DNA of 46,650 nucleotides, taken from positions 1 to 46,650 of the forward strand of contig JBBTVI010000006.1 in NCBI GenBank assembly GCA_038063315.1, read 5' to 3'. This DNA is from Patescibacteria group bacterium. GTDB taxonomy: Bacteria; Patescibacteriota; Minisyncoccia; Sungbacterales; HO2-52-23. How positions within the stretch are numbered: the stretch's first letter is position 1; every line of letters begins with the position of its first letter. The notes under the pieces were generated by a model. It had not been told where the DNA came from. It searched no databases and worked only from the letters and a program-made list of their open reading frames with translations. Both the position numbers and the translations under genes were made by a program. Of the stretch, positions 1-8,579 are shown one piece after another.

Positions 1-119
1 GAAGGCGAAGCAATCCAGAATTTCTGTATTTATGGATATGGATTGCTTCGTCGTCCTGTAGCAGGACTCCTTGCAATGACACATATGGCGGTAGTCGCGA
101 TAAGGCTGTGAGGGGTTAC
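1..119. repeat. Palindromic repeat family A, copy 1 (truncated by the window start), with outer end CTGTGAGGGGTTAC
   Basis: GAAGCAATCC...GGATTGCTTCGTCGTCCTGTAGCAGGACTCCTTGCAATGAC. Positions ~76-119 are close to the reverse complement of ~898-941. Confidence 0.8.
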
Positions 120-141
120 CGCCGCGGTTGGCCCCGATGTG

Positions 142-855
142 TCATACGTCAGCAGGAAAAAACGTCTTCAAAACATCGGCCATATCCGCGGGCAATTCCG
201 CCTCAAAACGGAAACCCCTCCCGCCTTCCATGCTGAATGAAAGCCCCGCGGCGTGGAGAAGCTGACGCCCCGCGCCCGACGGGCAGCAGACATTTTGCCC
301 GCCGTATAACCTGTCGCAGGCCACCGCATGCCCGATCGCCTTCATATGGACGCGCAATTGATGCATGCGTCCGGTGAGCGGATGGAGTTCCACAAAAGAC
401 AGACCGTCCGCGTCTTTCAAAACCCGGAATTCCGTCCGCGCGGGCCGCTCCCCGCGGATGCGCGCGCCCGCGAGCCCGACCCCTCTAAGGCGTGGATTCC
501 GGGCGTTGCGGCCGATGGCCAAGTCCACCGCCCCTTTTTTGTCTTTGAAAACGCCGCAGCAAAACGCGAGATACGTTTTGCGGACACGCCGGTCCGCAAA
601 TTCTTTCTTGAGCCATCCAAAAGCCGCCGGATTGCGCGCGACCACCATGACGCCGGACGTGTCCCTGTCCAGGCGATGGACTAGACCCGGGCGCGCCGGA
701 TCGTCCCCGATCCCCGCGATATCGGGAAATCGTTCCAATAAAAAATCCGCGAGCGTGGGCTCGCGTATACCGGGACCTCCGTGAACCGTCAGCCCCGCGG
801 GTTTGTTAACGACGATAATCTCGTCGTCCGTATAAATAATTTCGGGAGTAGACAA
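142..855 (-). CDS. RluA/RluD-family pseudouridine synthase
   Basis: Motifs VVNKPAGL, GLVHRLDRDTSG and TGRMHQLRVH. Start is uncertain (TTG 855 or ATG 897); the ORF-track extension to 954 runs into repeat DNA. Confidence 0.92.
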   Translation of the reverse strand: MSTPEIIYTDDEIIVVNKPAGLTVHGGPGIREPTLADFLLERFPDIAGIGDDPARPGLVHRLDRDTSGVMVVARNPAAFGWLKKEFADRRVRKTYLAFCCGVFKDKKGAVDLAIGRNARNPRLRGVGLAGARIRGERPARTEFRVLKDADGLSFVELHPLTGRMHQLRVHMKAIGHAVACDRLYGGQNVCCPSGAGRQLLHAAGLSFSMEGGRGFRFEAELPADMADVLKTFFPADV

Positions 856-859
856 AAAG

Positions 860-887
860 AGTAAAGAGTAGCGAGTATGGAGTAAAG
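860..887. repeat. Degenerate 7-mer tandem array (AGTAAAG-type) x4
   Basis: AGTAAAG AGTAGCG AGTATGG AGTAAAG; complementary to the array at 1073-1093. Confidence 0.75.
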
Positions 888-897
888 AAAAAAACAT

Positions 898-1051
898 GTA
901 ACCCTTCACAGTCCTACCGCGACTGCCGCCATATGCGTCATTGCGAGGAGTCATGCTGCAGGACGACGAAGCAATCCAAAAAAATCATGGATTGCCGCGC
1001 GCCCCCTCGACGGACTCGTGGTCGCTCGCAATGACGGCTATAAGGGATTAC
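898..1051. mobile_element. MITE-like element: imperfect ~14-bp TIRs enclosing family A hairpin (937-1035)
   Basis: GTAACCCTTCACAG ... GTCATTGCGAGG...CTCGCAATGAC ... CTATAAGGGATTAC. Related copies at 1-119, ~3958-4100 and 9820-9963. Confidence 0.65.
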
Positions 1052-1072
1052 TAAAACGCATCGCGCAAAAAT

Positions 1073-1093
1073 CTTTACTCTTTGCTCCTTACT
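1073..1093. repeat. Degenerate 7-mer tandem array (CTTTACT-type) x3, containing the stop codon of the 1089-1487 gene
   Basis: CTTTACT CTTTGCT CCTTACT. Confidence 0.7.
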
Positions 1094-1487
1094 CTCGATT
1101 TTTCACGCTCTGGAAATAATTTTCCCGCACCAAAATCCAGCGCAGCATCCCTTGCGTGAGATGGCGCAGAAGAAAGGCAATAAACACAACCGCGGCCAGG
1201 CTCAAAAATTTCTCGCCAGCCGATGCATGCGTAAACATGGAGACCGCAAATGCCGCGATCCCCTCGGGACGCGCAAAAAAGACCGTCAGCGCATTCTCCG
1301 CGATCCGCTGGACAAAGGCCGCCCGGCCAATCTGAAACAAAAGAAACGTGAGCGCCGCGACCTCGACGATGAGCACCGGCAGGAGCCGCCGGACAAGCCA
1401 CACCCGATAAATTTTCTGGACGATCCGCCCCCGATGTTCGGCCGGAATTATTCGCGGCGCGGATGCCAGTTCTTGTGCTGTGGTCAT
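1089..1487 (-). CDS. Small membrane protein (about 2-3 hydrophobic segments), candidate anti-sigma partner
   Basis: ATGA overlap with the sigma gene stop. Hydrophobic stretches LLPVLIVEVAALTFLLF and FLSLAAVVFIAFLL. Confidence 0.7.
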   Translation of the reverse strand: MTTAQELASAPRIIPAEHRGRIVQKIYRVWLVRRLLPVLIVEVAALTFLLFQIGRAAFVQRIAENALTVFFARPEGIAAFAVSMFTHASAGEKFLSLAAVVFIAFLLRHLTQGMLRWILVRENYFQSVKNRE

Positions 1488-2104
1488 GATGTATAGATGG
1501 ATTCGTCAGTCAGTTTTTTGAACAATTTTTTTGCGCGAAAGAGCCGCATCTTAAGCGTCGGAATACTCATGCCTTCCTGTGCGGCAATCGTCTGATACGA
1601 TTGATCCTCAAAATAGTAGAGTTCGAGAACCCGCCTCAAATGCCCGGGCATCTGGTCAAGAACCCCAGCGACCGCGGAACGCGCATCCATCTGGGTGCCG
1701 ATCTCCTTCTCCTCGGCAACGCCCCCCTCCGCATCCTGAAACACGGACGGATCTTCCGTTGAAAACTCCCCGCGCTTCAGCTTCCGATAGTGCGTGATTG
1801 CGGTGTTGATCGTCACCTTATACGCCCAGGACTTGAATTCGATCCCTGCATATTTCTGGAACTTCTCGGCGTTTTTATACATCTTGAGAAACGCCTCCTG
1901 CACGATGTCTTCCGCCTCCTCCCGCTGCTTGACAACGCGCCACGCCGCGCGCAATAGCGGCTCGTGGTAACGCTCGACAAGCATCTCAAACATGGCTGGC
2001 TCCTCCAGAGACGCCCGCAAAATATCCTCGTCTTTTGCCCGATTTTCCGGCAAGGCCGCATCTTCTGCGGCCAAAAACTGGAAGTCGCGCCCGTTGTCGT
2101 CCAT
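1484..2104 (-). CDS. ECF (sigma-70 group 4) RNA polymerase sigma factor
   Basis: Region 2 (EAEDIVQEAFLKMY, FKSWAYKVTIN) and region 4 (LYYFEDQSYQTIA...TLKMRLFRAKK). Probable start MDDNG at 2104. Confidence 0.92.
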   Translation of the reverse strand: MDDNGRDFQFLAAEDAALPENRAKDEDILRASLEEPAMFEMLVERYHEPLLRAAWRVVKQREEAEDIVQEAFLKMYKNAEKFQKYAGIEFKSWAYKVTINTAITHYRKLKRGEFSTEDPSVFQDAEGGVAEEKEIGTQMDARSAVAGVLDQMPGHLRRVLELYYFEDQSYQTIAAQEGMSIPTLKMRLFRAKKLFKKLTDESIYTS

Positions 2105-2236
2105 ATCGGAGAAAAAGAGTAAGGACCGTCTATTAGAACGCCCGATCCAGGCAAACGGTCTCTCCGACATTATCAATAGCACACTTACCGGATTGCGTCA
2201 AAAATCGCCGGAGATGAATGCGGCAGCCGCGCCCTC

Positions 2237-3130
2237 CTACCGCCGCTTCGCATCTTCCGCGAACCTGGCGAGATACGCCCGAAACTCACGGCCGATATCC
2301 GGGTGTTTCCTGCCGTAATGGATAACGGCCTGCAAAAAACCGAGTTTGCTTCCGCAGTCATGCCGGATGCCGTCGAATTCGTACCCGTACATCACGCCGT
2401 TGTTTTTGATATAGAGATTAAAAGCATCCGTCGGATAAAATTCCATGTTCTCTTTGGGCGTCATACCCGCGAGCGTCCGATACAATTCCGGAGTGTAAAT
2501 ATATTTGCCGATCCCCGCCAGACGCGACGGCGCCTCACCCATTTTGGGTTTTTCCACCATTTCATGGATTGTCCAAAGTTTTTTATTCCTATTTGCGCGC
2601 GCGCCGCGGATCATTCCGTACTGCGTCACGTCCCGCGACGCGACGCGGTACAATCCGCAAACCGGCGCGCCGTACTCTTCATAGACGTCCATCAGCTGAC
2701 GCAGGCACGGCACTTTGGCGTCCACCAAGTCGTCTCCATAGAGAACCGCGAATGGCTCATCCCGCAAAAGATTGCGGACGCAAAGCAATGCATCCCCCGG
2801 ACCGCGGGGTTCGTTCTGGCGCACAAAAACAAAACGCGCAAGCCCTTCAAGGCGGCGCAGTGCGTCGGCGGTCTTTGTTTTTCCGCGCGCCCGCAGCATC
2901 TGGTCAAGATCCGCGGAATAATCAAAATGGTCCTCAATCGCGCGCTTATTCCGGCCCGTGACGAATATGATTTCTTCGATGCCGGATGCAACCGCTTCTT
3001 CCACGAGGTATTGGACGACCGGCTTGTCCACCACCGACAGCATCTCCTTTGGCTGAGCTTTGGTCGCCGGAAGAAAACGGGTTCCGAATCCCGCAACGGG
3101 AATAACGGCTCTGCGAATAGGTATGGGCAT
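2237..3130 (-). CDS. galU: UTP-glucose-1-phosphate uridylyltransferase
   Basis: AVIPVAGFGTRFLPATKAQPKEML, VRQNEPRG, EMVEKP, HDCGSKLGF. Confidence 0.93.
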   Translation of the reverse strand: MPIPIRRAVIPVAGFGTRFLPATKAQPKEMLSVVDKPVVQYLVEEAVASGIEEIIFVTGRNKRAIEDHFDYSADLDQMLRARGKTKTADALRRLEGLARFVFVRQNEPRGPGDALLCVRNLLRDEPFAVLYGDDLVDAKVPCLRQLMDVYEEYGAPVCGLYRVASRDVTQYGMIRGARANRNKKLWTIHEMVEKPKMGEAPSRLAGIGKYIYTPELYRTLAGMTPKENMEFYPTDAFNLYIKNNGVMYGYEFDGIRHDCGSKLGFLQAVIHYGRKHPDIGREFRAYLARFAEDAKRR

Positions 3131-3134
3131 AAAA

Positions 3135-3170
3135 ATTAGGCGTTAGCCGCTAGGAAATTAGGCATTAGGA
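3135..3170. repeat. Degenerate 7/8-mer array (CGTTAGG-type) between the regulator stop and the galU ATG
   Basis: AATTAGG CGTTAGC CGCTAGG AAATTAGG CATTAGG. Confidence 0.7.
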
Positions 3171-3910
3171 ATATGGGAGGACGAGACGTCTGATGCGTCC
3201 GTATTGATGCGGTAGACAGTCCGCTTCTTTGTCCCACCCTTCTCAACCACCCTCTGCTCGATCAAATCAGCCAAATCGCGCTGGAGCGTTCGCGCGCTCA
3301 CGCCGTTGAACGCCGAGGTAAGATCGCCTATTTTAACGTCCCCATGACGCGATAAGTATTGCAGGATCTTTTTACGGCGATCAAGAAGCGCTGCCAAAAT
3401 CGCCGCATTTGATACAATACCGCTCTTCTGACGTTTTGACGCGAGCCTGGCGCCACGGGACGTCGCGACTCCGTCAGCGGCGTCCGGACCCGCGCGACGC
3501 GCCCCGCGCCGCTTCGGCAAAACCGCTCGGCTATCGGAGATGGCGGTTAAGGGCGCTGCAGGAGACACCGGAACGTTACGACGCAAGGCCCGGTCGAAAT
3601 AATCCCCTATAAGGCCATAGACATGGGTCATTGAGGAAATCGCCCGACGATCATCCGGCCGTTCGGCCGAGGCGAGATCGAACAAAGCGCGGATGACGGC
3701 GCATGCGCTGCGGATTCCGACCGCTCGATGGCGGCGCGCCTCTCCCTCATCCGGCGCATACGCGTATTCGATCGCAAGCTCCAAAATCTCGCGCGCTTTT
3801 TCTTTGATGCGCCCGCGCAGCATATCGGACACCCGCCGGTTGTCGGTGAAACGGCACACCGACATGGTTAGTGTAAAAATTTTTTCCCGCAACGCGGTGT
3901 CGGACAACAT
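3158..3910 (-). CDS. DeoR-like winged-HTH regulator with N-terminal helical domain
   Basis: C-terminal RRKKILQYL...VSARTLQRDLADLIEQRVVEKGG. Likely start MLSD at 3910. Confidence 0.75.
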   Translation of the reverse strand: MLSDTALREKIFTLTMSVCRFTDNRRVSDMLRGRIKEKAREILELAIEYAYAPDEGEARRHRAVGIRSACAVIRALFDLASAERPDDRRAISSMTHVYGLIGDYFDRALRRNVPVSPAAPLTAISDSRAVLPKRRGARRAGPDAADGVATSRGARLASKRQKSGIVSNAAILAALLDRRKKILQYLSRHGDVKIGDLTSAFNGVSARTLQRDLADLIEQRVVEKGGTKKRTVYRINTDASDVSSSHIPNA

Positions 3911-3974
3911 ACGAAAAGACCATAGCACCGATTGGGGTATGGCGCAACACTCGCAAATACAACTCCTCACAGGT

Positions 3975-4075
3975 GTCATTGCGAGCGACCCCGAGTCTGC
4001 CGAGGGGGGGGCGCGGCAATCCAGTGTTTCTTCTGGATTGCTTCGTCGTCCTGCAGCAGGACTCCTCGCAATGAC
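3975..4075. repeat. Palindromic repeat family A, copy 3
   Basis: GTCATTGCGAGCGACCCCGAGTCTGCCGAGG...GCAATCC...GGATTGCTTCGTCG...CTCGCAATGAC, preceded by the TIR-like AACTCCTCACAG. Confidence 0.85.
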
Positions 4076-4132
4076 GCATACAAAGACGAGGCTGATGCAC
4101 TACAAGAGATGATTCGCAAACAACAAGGGTTT

Positions 4133-4141
4133 TGCTATAAT
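4133..4141 (+). promoter_or_regulatory. Extended -10 promoter (TGcTATAAT) for nth, probably leaderless
   Basis: Consensus TGnTATAAT ends 6 nt before the GTG at 4148; no Shine-Dalgarno in between. Confidence 0.65.
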
Positions 4142-4147
4142 GAAGCG

Positions 4148-4864
4148 GTGAAACAAAAAAGATATCCTGCATTCAAAGACGAAACGGACGCGGAACGCAG
4201 GAAGCGGACGCGCCTGATCATATCCCGCCTCAAAAAAGCGTATCCCAACGCGAAAATCGTCCTCAACTTCTCCAGCAACTGGGAGCTTCTGGTTGCGGTG
4301 ATCCTTTCCGCCCAATGCACGGACAAAAAAGTGAACGAGGTGACAAAAAAATTATTCGCGCGCTACCCCGCCATCGCCGATTATGTCCGGGCCGACCCCG
4401 AAGAATTTGAGCGCCTGATCCGGCCCACGGGTTTTTACAAGGCAAAAGCAAAAAACATTCTGGCATCCGCCAAAATCATCACGGAACGCTTCGACGGCAA
4501 AATCCCGAAAACAATGGAGGAGATGCTCACGCTCCGCGGCGTCGCGCGTAAAACCGCAAACGTTGTTCTGGGCAACGCCTACGGTGTGGTTGAAGGAATC
4601 GCCGTGGATACACATGTCCGGCGCCTCGCAACGCGCCTCGGCCTTTCCCCTGCGGATAATCCCGAGAAAATCGAAAAGGACCTGATGATCCTTGTTCCGC
4701 GCGGCGACTGGTTCAACATCACCTATCTCCTCATTGAGCACGGCCGCGCGGTCTGCGTCGCCAAAAAACCGCTTTGCGACATCTGCCCTCTTGCGGATCT
4801 CTGCCCGTCCGCATTTCAATTCCCGCATTTTAAGGACAAAAACCTCAAGCCAACAAACCGTTAA
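4148..4864 (+). CDS. nth: Endonuclease III ([4Fe-4S] DNA glycosylase)
   Basis: LLVAVILSAQCTD, HhH LRGVARKTANVV, AVDTHV and the Fe-S motif CVAKKPLCDICPLADLC. Confidence 0.95.
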   Translation: MKQKRYPAFKDETDAERRKRTRLIISRLKKAYPNAKIVLNFSSNWELLVAVILSAQCTDKKVNEVTKKLFARYPAIADYVRADPEEFERLIRPTGFYKAKAKNILASAKIITERFDGKIPKTMEEMLTLRGVARKTANVVLGNAYGVVEGIAVDTHVRRLATRLGLSPADNPEKIEKDLMILVPRGDWFNITYLLIEHGRAVCVAKKPLCDICPLADLCPSAFQFPHFKDKNLKPTNR

Positions 4865-5142
4865 GAATCTGTTGAAAAAGTCATTACAACGAGCCACAGT
4901 GATCCTTCGCTTCGCTCGGGACAGGCTCCATAATCCATCAGGCATCGTCATTGCGAGGAGTTAGACGACGAAGCAATCCCCGCCTTCACAAGGTTTCGGC
5001 GGGCAAGCATGAGGTAAACATGCTGAGATATAGAGGCCTGCTTGTCCGCCGTAGCCTCGGCGGAGGTGGAGATTGCCGCGCGCCCCCTCGACAGACTCGG
5101 GGTCGCTCGCAATGACGGATGGTGGTCTTTTTCGACGGTTTC
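4865..5142. mobile_element. MITE-like element with 16-bp imperfect TIRs, TTAA flanks and nested repeats (family A copy 4 at 4947-5116)
   Basis: TTAA-GAATCTGTTGAAAAAG ... CTTTTTCGACGGTTTC-TTAA (13/16 match). The left TTAA contains the nth stop codon. Confidence 0.65.
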
Positions 5143-5146
5143 TTAA

Positions 5147-5185
5147 AAAAATGCGGCCTACGGAAAACCCGTCAGCCGCATTTTT
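5147..5185. terminator. Bidirectional intrinsic terminator between convergent nth and clpB
   Basis: AAAAATGCGGC...GCCGCATTTTT stem with A and T tails. Confidence 0.65.
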
Positions 5186-5199
5186 GGCGTCCGAGACTT

Positions 5200-7896
5200 C
5201 TATGCGCCTCCGACCGTTGCCGCCTCACGCCGCGATACCGCCGGCTGTTTCCTGAAGGCCGCGCCGTCTTTGGCGAATATGACCTCCGTGCCGTCTTTGA
5301 CGTCTGCCGTAACGCTCTCCCCGGACACGATGCGATGAGAAATGATTTCCGTTGCAAGAGGATTGAGAATATGCGTCTGGATCGCGCGCTTGATCGGCCG
5401 CGCCCCGTATTGCGCGCTATACCCCTTCTCCGCGATAAACGCTCTCAGCGCCGGTGTAAACGACATTGCGATCTCCCGCGCTTGCATTCGTTTTGCCAGC
5501 TCGCCGAGCTGTATATCCACGATGCGCTCCACCACCGCGCGCGTGAGCGACCGGAAAATAATAATCTCGTCGAGCCGGTTCAGGAATTCCGGGCGGAAAC
5601 GCCGCTCCAGGGCCTTCCTGATTTTCTCCTGCGTCGCCTTCTCCTCTCCATCCGTCGTGTCCTCGCCTTCTCCGAGAAAACCGATCCTGCCTATCTCCTG
5701 GACATACTCGCTACCCACATTGGACGTCATAATGAGAATCGTGTTTTTGAAATTCACCACGCGGCCTTTTGCGTCCGTCAGACGGCCGTTGTCGAAAATC
5801 TGAAGAAGAATGTTAAACACGTCCGGATGCGCCTTTTCGATTTCGTCAAAAAGAATCACGGAATACGGCCGGTGGCGCACCATCTCCGTCAGCTGCCCGC
5901 CCTCCTCATAGCCCACATAGCCCGGCGGGGAGCCGATAAACTTGGCCACAGTGTGACGTTCCATGTATTCCGACATATCAATACGGATAAGCGCTTTTTC
6001 GTCGCTGAACAAAAACTCGGCAAGCGCTTTTGCAAGCTCGGTCTTTCCCACTCCTGTGGGGCCGAGAAACATGAATGATCCAATGGGACGGTTCTCCTCG
6101 CCAATGCCCGCGCGCGCGCGACGCACGGCGTTGGCGATCTTTTCGATCGCCTCGTTCTGACCGATGACGCGGCGCGTCAGCTCGTCTTCAAGTTTGGTCA
6201 GCCGCGACGCTTCGCTTTCCAAAATCTTTGTGACCGGAATCCCGGTCCAACGCGCGACCACGTCGGCGATGTCTTCCTCGGTCACGTCGGTCCGCGCCGA
6301 CCCCTTTTCTTTTTGCAGCACCGTGAGCTCCTCTTCCGCCGTATGCAACGCCCTTTCCGTCTCCGGGACCTTGCCGTAACGCAGCTCAGCCACTTTTCCA
6401 AAATCGCCCGCGCGCTCGGCGATATCCGATTCCTGCCGCGCCGCATCGAGATCCCGCTTGACCGCCCGTACCCGCTCGATCAATTCCTTCTCGCGCTTCC
6501 ATCCGGCGCCAAGGCGCTCGGTCTCGACCTGAAGTTCGCCGATTTCTTTATCCAGCTTTTTAAGGCGGATTTTCGCTTTCCGGTCCGTTTCTTTCTTCAG
6601 AGCTTCACGCTCGATCTCAAGATGCATGGCGCGCCTGCGAGTTTCCTCCAGTTCCTTCGGCATGCTGTCCATCACAAGGCGCAAGGATGAGGCCGCCTCG
6701 TCCACAAGATCCACCGCCTTGTCCGGCAAGAACCGCTCCGTAATATACTGAGATGAGAGGCGCGACGCGGCCTGAATCGCCGCATCGGTAATCCTCAGCC
6801 CGTGATGCGCCTCATACTTCGGCTTGAGTCCGCGCAAAATCGCAATCGTATCCTCGATGCCCGGCTCATCCACGCGTACCGGCTGGAACCGACGCGCGAG
6901 ACCGGCGTCCCGCTCGATATAGCGTTGATATTCTCTCAGGGTTGTCGCGCCGATCGCGCGGAGTTCACCGCGCGCGAGCGCGGGCTTCAAAATGTTGGAG
7001 GCGTCCATCGCGCCTTCGGCCGCGCCCGCGCCGACAATCGTATGCAATTCGTCAATAAAAAGAATGAATTTGCCCTCGGCGCGATTGACCTCGCGCATGA
7101 TGGCCTTCAGGCGATCCTCAAACTCGCCGCGGTATTTGGTGCCAGCAACAAGCGCCGCAAGATCAAGCGCGACCAAATCCTTGCCTTTCAGCGTTTCCGG
7201 CACGTCGCCCGAGACAATCCGCTGGGCCAGGCCTTCGACGATTGCGGTCTTGCCCACTCCGGCTTCACCAATAAGCACCGGATTATTTTTTGTCCGGCGC
7301 GAGAGAATCTGCATCACGCGGCGCACTTCATTGTCGCGGCCGATGACCGGGTCCAGTTTCTCCTGGAGTGCCAGACGCGTGAGATTCCGCGCGTATTTTT
7401 CCAGGACATTGTATTTGGTCTCCGGATCCTGATCCGTAATGCGCTGGCCCCCGCGGAGTTCCGCAAGAGCGCGCAACGCCGGCTCCTTCCGGATTCCTTC
7501 GCGCTCAAGTATTTCTTTGGCGCGCGTCGGCACCTCCAAAATCGCAAGAAAAAGATGCTCTGTGGAAATAAATTCGTCCTTGAGCTGCGCGGCTTCGCGA
7601 TGCGCCTGCTCCATGATTTTGGCAAGGTCCTGCGTCAAATACACCTGGCCCAGCGGAGTTGCCATCATGGCGCCGCGCGGAAGGGTCTCGAGTGCCTGCA
7701 ACAGGATATCCGCAAAGCGCGGGATATCAATTTCCAATTTCTCCAGAATCGCGCCGACGGTGCCTTCTTCCTGTAATGCGAGAGATGTCAAAACATGCAG
7801 CACGTCAATCTGGTGCTGCGAGCGCTCAAGCGCGAGGTCATGCGCTTTTTTGAGCGCTTCCTGCGCTTTAATCGTGAATTGTTGAAATGGAGGCAT
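5200..7896 (-). CDS. clpB: ATP-dependent disaggregase ClpB
   Basis: Clp N domain, two AAA+ modules ([16 protein letters not shown]), coiled-coil M domain (AELRYGK) and GARP motif. Confidence 0.95.
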   Translation of the reverse strand: MPPFQQFTIKAQEALKKAHDLALERSQHQIDVLHVLTSLALQEEGTVGAILEKLEIDIPRFADILLQALETLPRGAMMATPLGQVYLTQDLAKIMEQAHREAAQLKDEFISTEHLFLAILEVPTRAKEILEREGIRKEPALRALAELRGGQRITDQDPETKYNVLEKYARNLTRLALQEKLDPVIGRDNEVRRVMQILSRRTKNNPVLIGEAGVGKTAIVEGLAQRIVSGDVPETLKGKDLVALDLAALVAGTKYRGEFEDRLKAIMREVNRAEGKFILFIDELHTIVGAGAAEGAMDASNILKPALARGELRAIGATTLREYQRYIERDAGLARRFQPVRVDEPGIEDTIAILRGLKPKYEAHHGLRITDAAIQAASRLSSQYITERFLPDKAVDLVDEAASSLRLVMDSMPKELEETRRRAMHLEIEREALKKETDRKAKIRLKKLDKEIGELQVETERLGAGWKREKELIERVRAVKRDLDAARQESDIAERAGDFGKVAELRYGKVPETERALHTAEEELTVLQKEKGSARTDVTEEDIADVVARWTGIPVTKILESEASRLTKLEDELTRRVIGQNEAIEKIANAVRRARAGIGEENRPIGSFMFLGPTGVGKTELAKALAEFLFSDEKALIRIDMSEYMERHTVAKFIGSPPGYVGYEEGGQLTEMVRHRPYSVILFDEIEKAHPDVFNILLQIFDNGRLTDAKGRVVNFKNTILIMTSNVGSEYVQEIGRIGFLGEGEDTTDGEEKATQEKIRKALERRFRPEFLNRLDEIIIFRSLTRAVVERIVDIQLGELAKRMQAREIAMSFTPALRAFIAEKGYSAQYGARPIKRAIQTHILNPLATEIISHRIVSGESVTADVKDGTEVIFAKDGAAFRKQPAVSRREAATVGGA

Positions 7897-7897
7897 G

Positions 7898-7932
7898 AAT
7901 AGGCGTTAGAATTTAGGCGTTAGGCGTCAAGG
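7898..7932. repeat. Degenerate 7-mer array (CGTTAGG-type) between the DUF2283 stop and the clpB ATG
   Basis: AATAGG CGTTAGA ATTTAGG CGTTAGG CGTCAAGG. Confidence 0.7.
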
Positions 7933-8169
7933 CTTTTTGGAATAGACGCCGGATGCACTCGGTATCTGCAGTATTTTTCCCCGCAAAATCGCATCTGTCA
8001 TCTCACGGGAAAATTTTTGCGACGCATCAAGAATCTCAATTCCCACAATCTTTCCCTTTGGATCATAGTCAAAAATCACCCCGTCTCCCATTTCCACGCT
8101 TTCCTCATACGGAGCGTCATTCAAACGTATATAAAATGCATCAACATTTTTGTCGTAATGGAAACGCAT
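7927..8169 (-). CDS. DUF2283-family protein (putative antitoxin)
   Basis: MRFHYDKNVDAFYIRL...GVIFDYDPKGKIVGIEILDAS signature. Confidence 0.85.
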   Translation of the reverse strand: MRFHYDKNVDAFYIRLNDAPYEESVEMGDGVIFDYDPKGKIVGIEILDASQKFSREMTDAILRGKILQIPSASGVYSKKP

Positions 8170-8177
8170 AAATGAAA

Positions 8178-8447
8178 TCACTTAAAATACTTCATAAGCT
8201 TTGACGTCATAAATACAGTGACAACCGTAATGACTCCTCGCACCTCACTGTATATCACAACCAAAGCGTAATTCTTTTTGTTTCGGCGAACCAATTGAGT
8301 CGCCCTCTTACGACCGTCGCTTTGGACGACAACGCGCTTGTACATTTTCAACGTCTCAATAACCGCGTCGTGTGAAATTTTCCGTTCCGCCATTTGCGCG
8401 ACCGCGTGACGACTGAACACAATGTTGGATTCTTGCGCCTGCGCCAT
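8178..8447 (-). CDS. DUF4258-family protein (RelE-like fold, putative toxin)
   Basis: IVFSRHAVAQMAERKIS...LVVIY...ITVVTV; adjacent to DUF2283. Confidence 0.8.
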   Translation of the reverse strand: MAQAQESNIVFSRHAVAQMAERKISHDAVIETLKMYKRVVVQSDGRKRATQLVRRNKKNYALVVIYSEVRGVITVVTVFMTSKLMKYFK

Positions 8448-8461
8448 ATTTTTCTATGCTC

Positions 8462-8470
8462 ATTATATCA
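8462..8470 (-). promoter_or_regulatory. Extended -10 promoter (TGaTATAAT) for the DUF4258-DUF2283 (and possibly clpB) unit
   Basis: Consensus TGnTATAAT 14 nt upstream of the ATG at 8447. Confidence 0.6.
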
Positions 8471-8554
8471 CAAAAATTGCGGGAATCAAGTTTGAGTTAG
8501 CAAAAAGCCGCCGGATTTCACTCCATTATTGCAAAATCCATCAGCAGAGACAAG

Positions 8555-8579
8555 AAAAAAGGCCTGCGAAAGCAGGCCT
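8555..8579 (-). terminator. Intrinsic terminator after the PLP enzyme gene
   Basis: AGGCCTGC-TTTC-GCAGGCCT followed by a T-run on the minus strand, overlapping the stop codon. Confidence 0.8.

Noticed and set aside
3932-4147. N-terminal extensions of nth, rluA and the DeoR-like gene given in the ORF track
   Set aside because: They translate palindromic repeat or spacer DNA (e.g. TPRND, RHCE). Family homology and promoters indicate later starts.
5119-7885. Long plus-strand ORFs (5119-6078, 6802-7776 and others)
   Set aside because: Antisense shadows of clpB with no recognisable motifs. The same applies to ORFs opposite galU, sufS, sufC and the giant genes.
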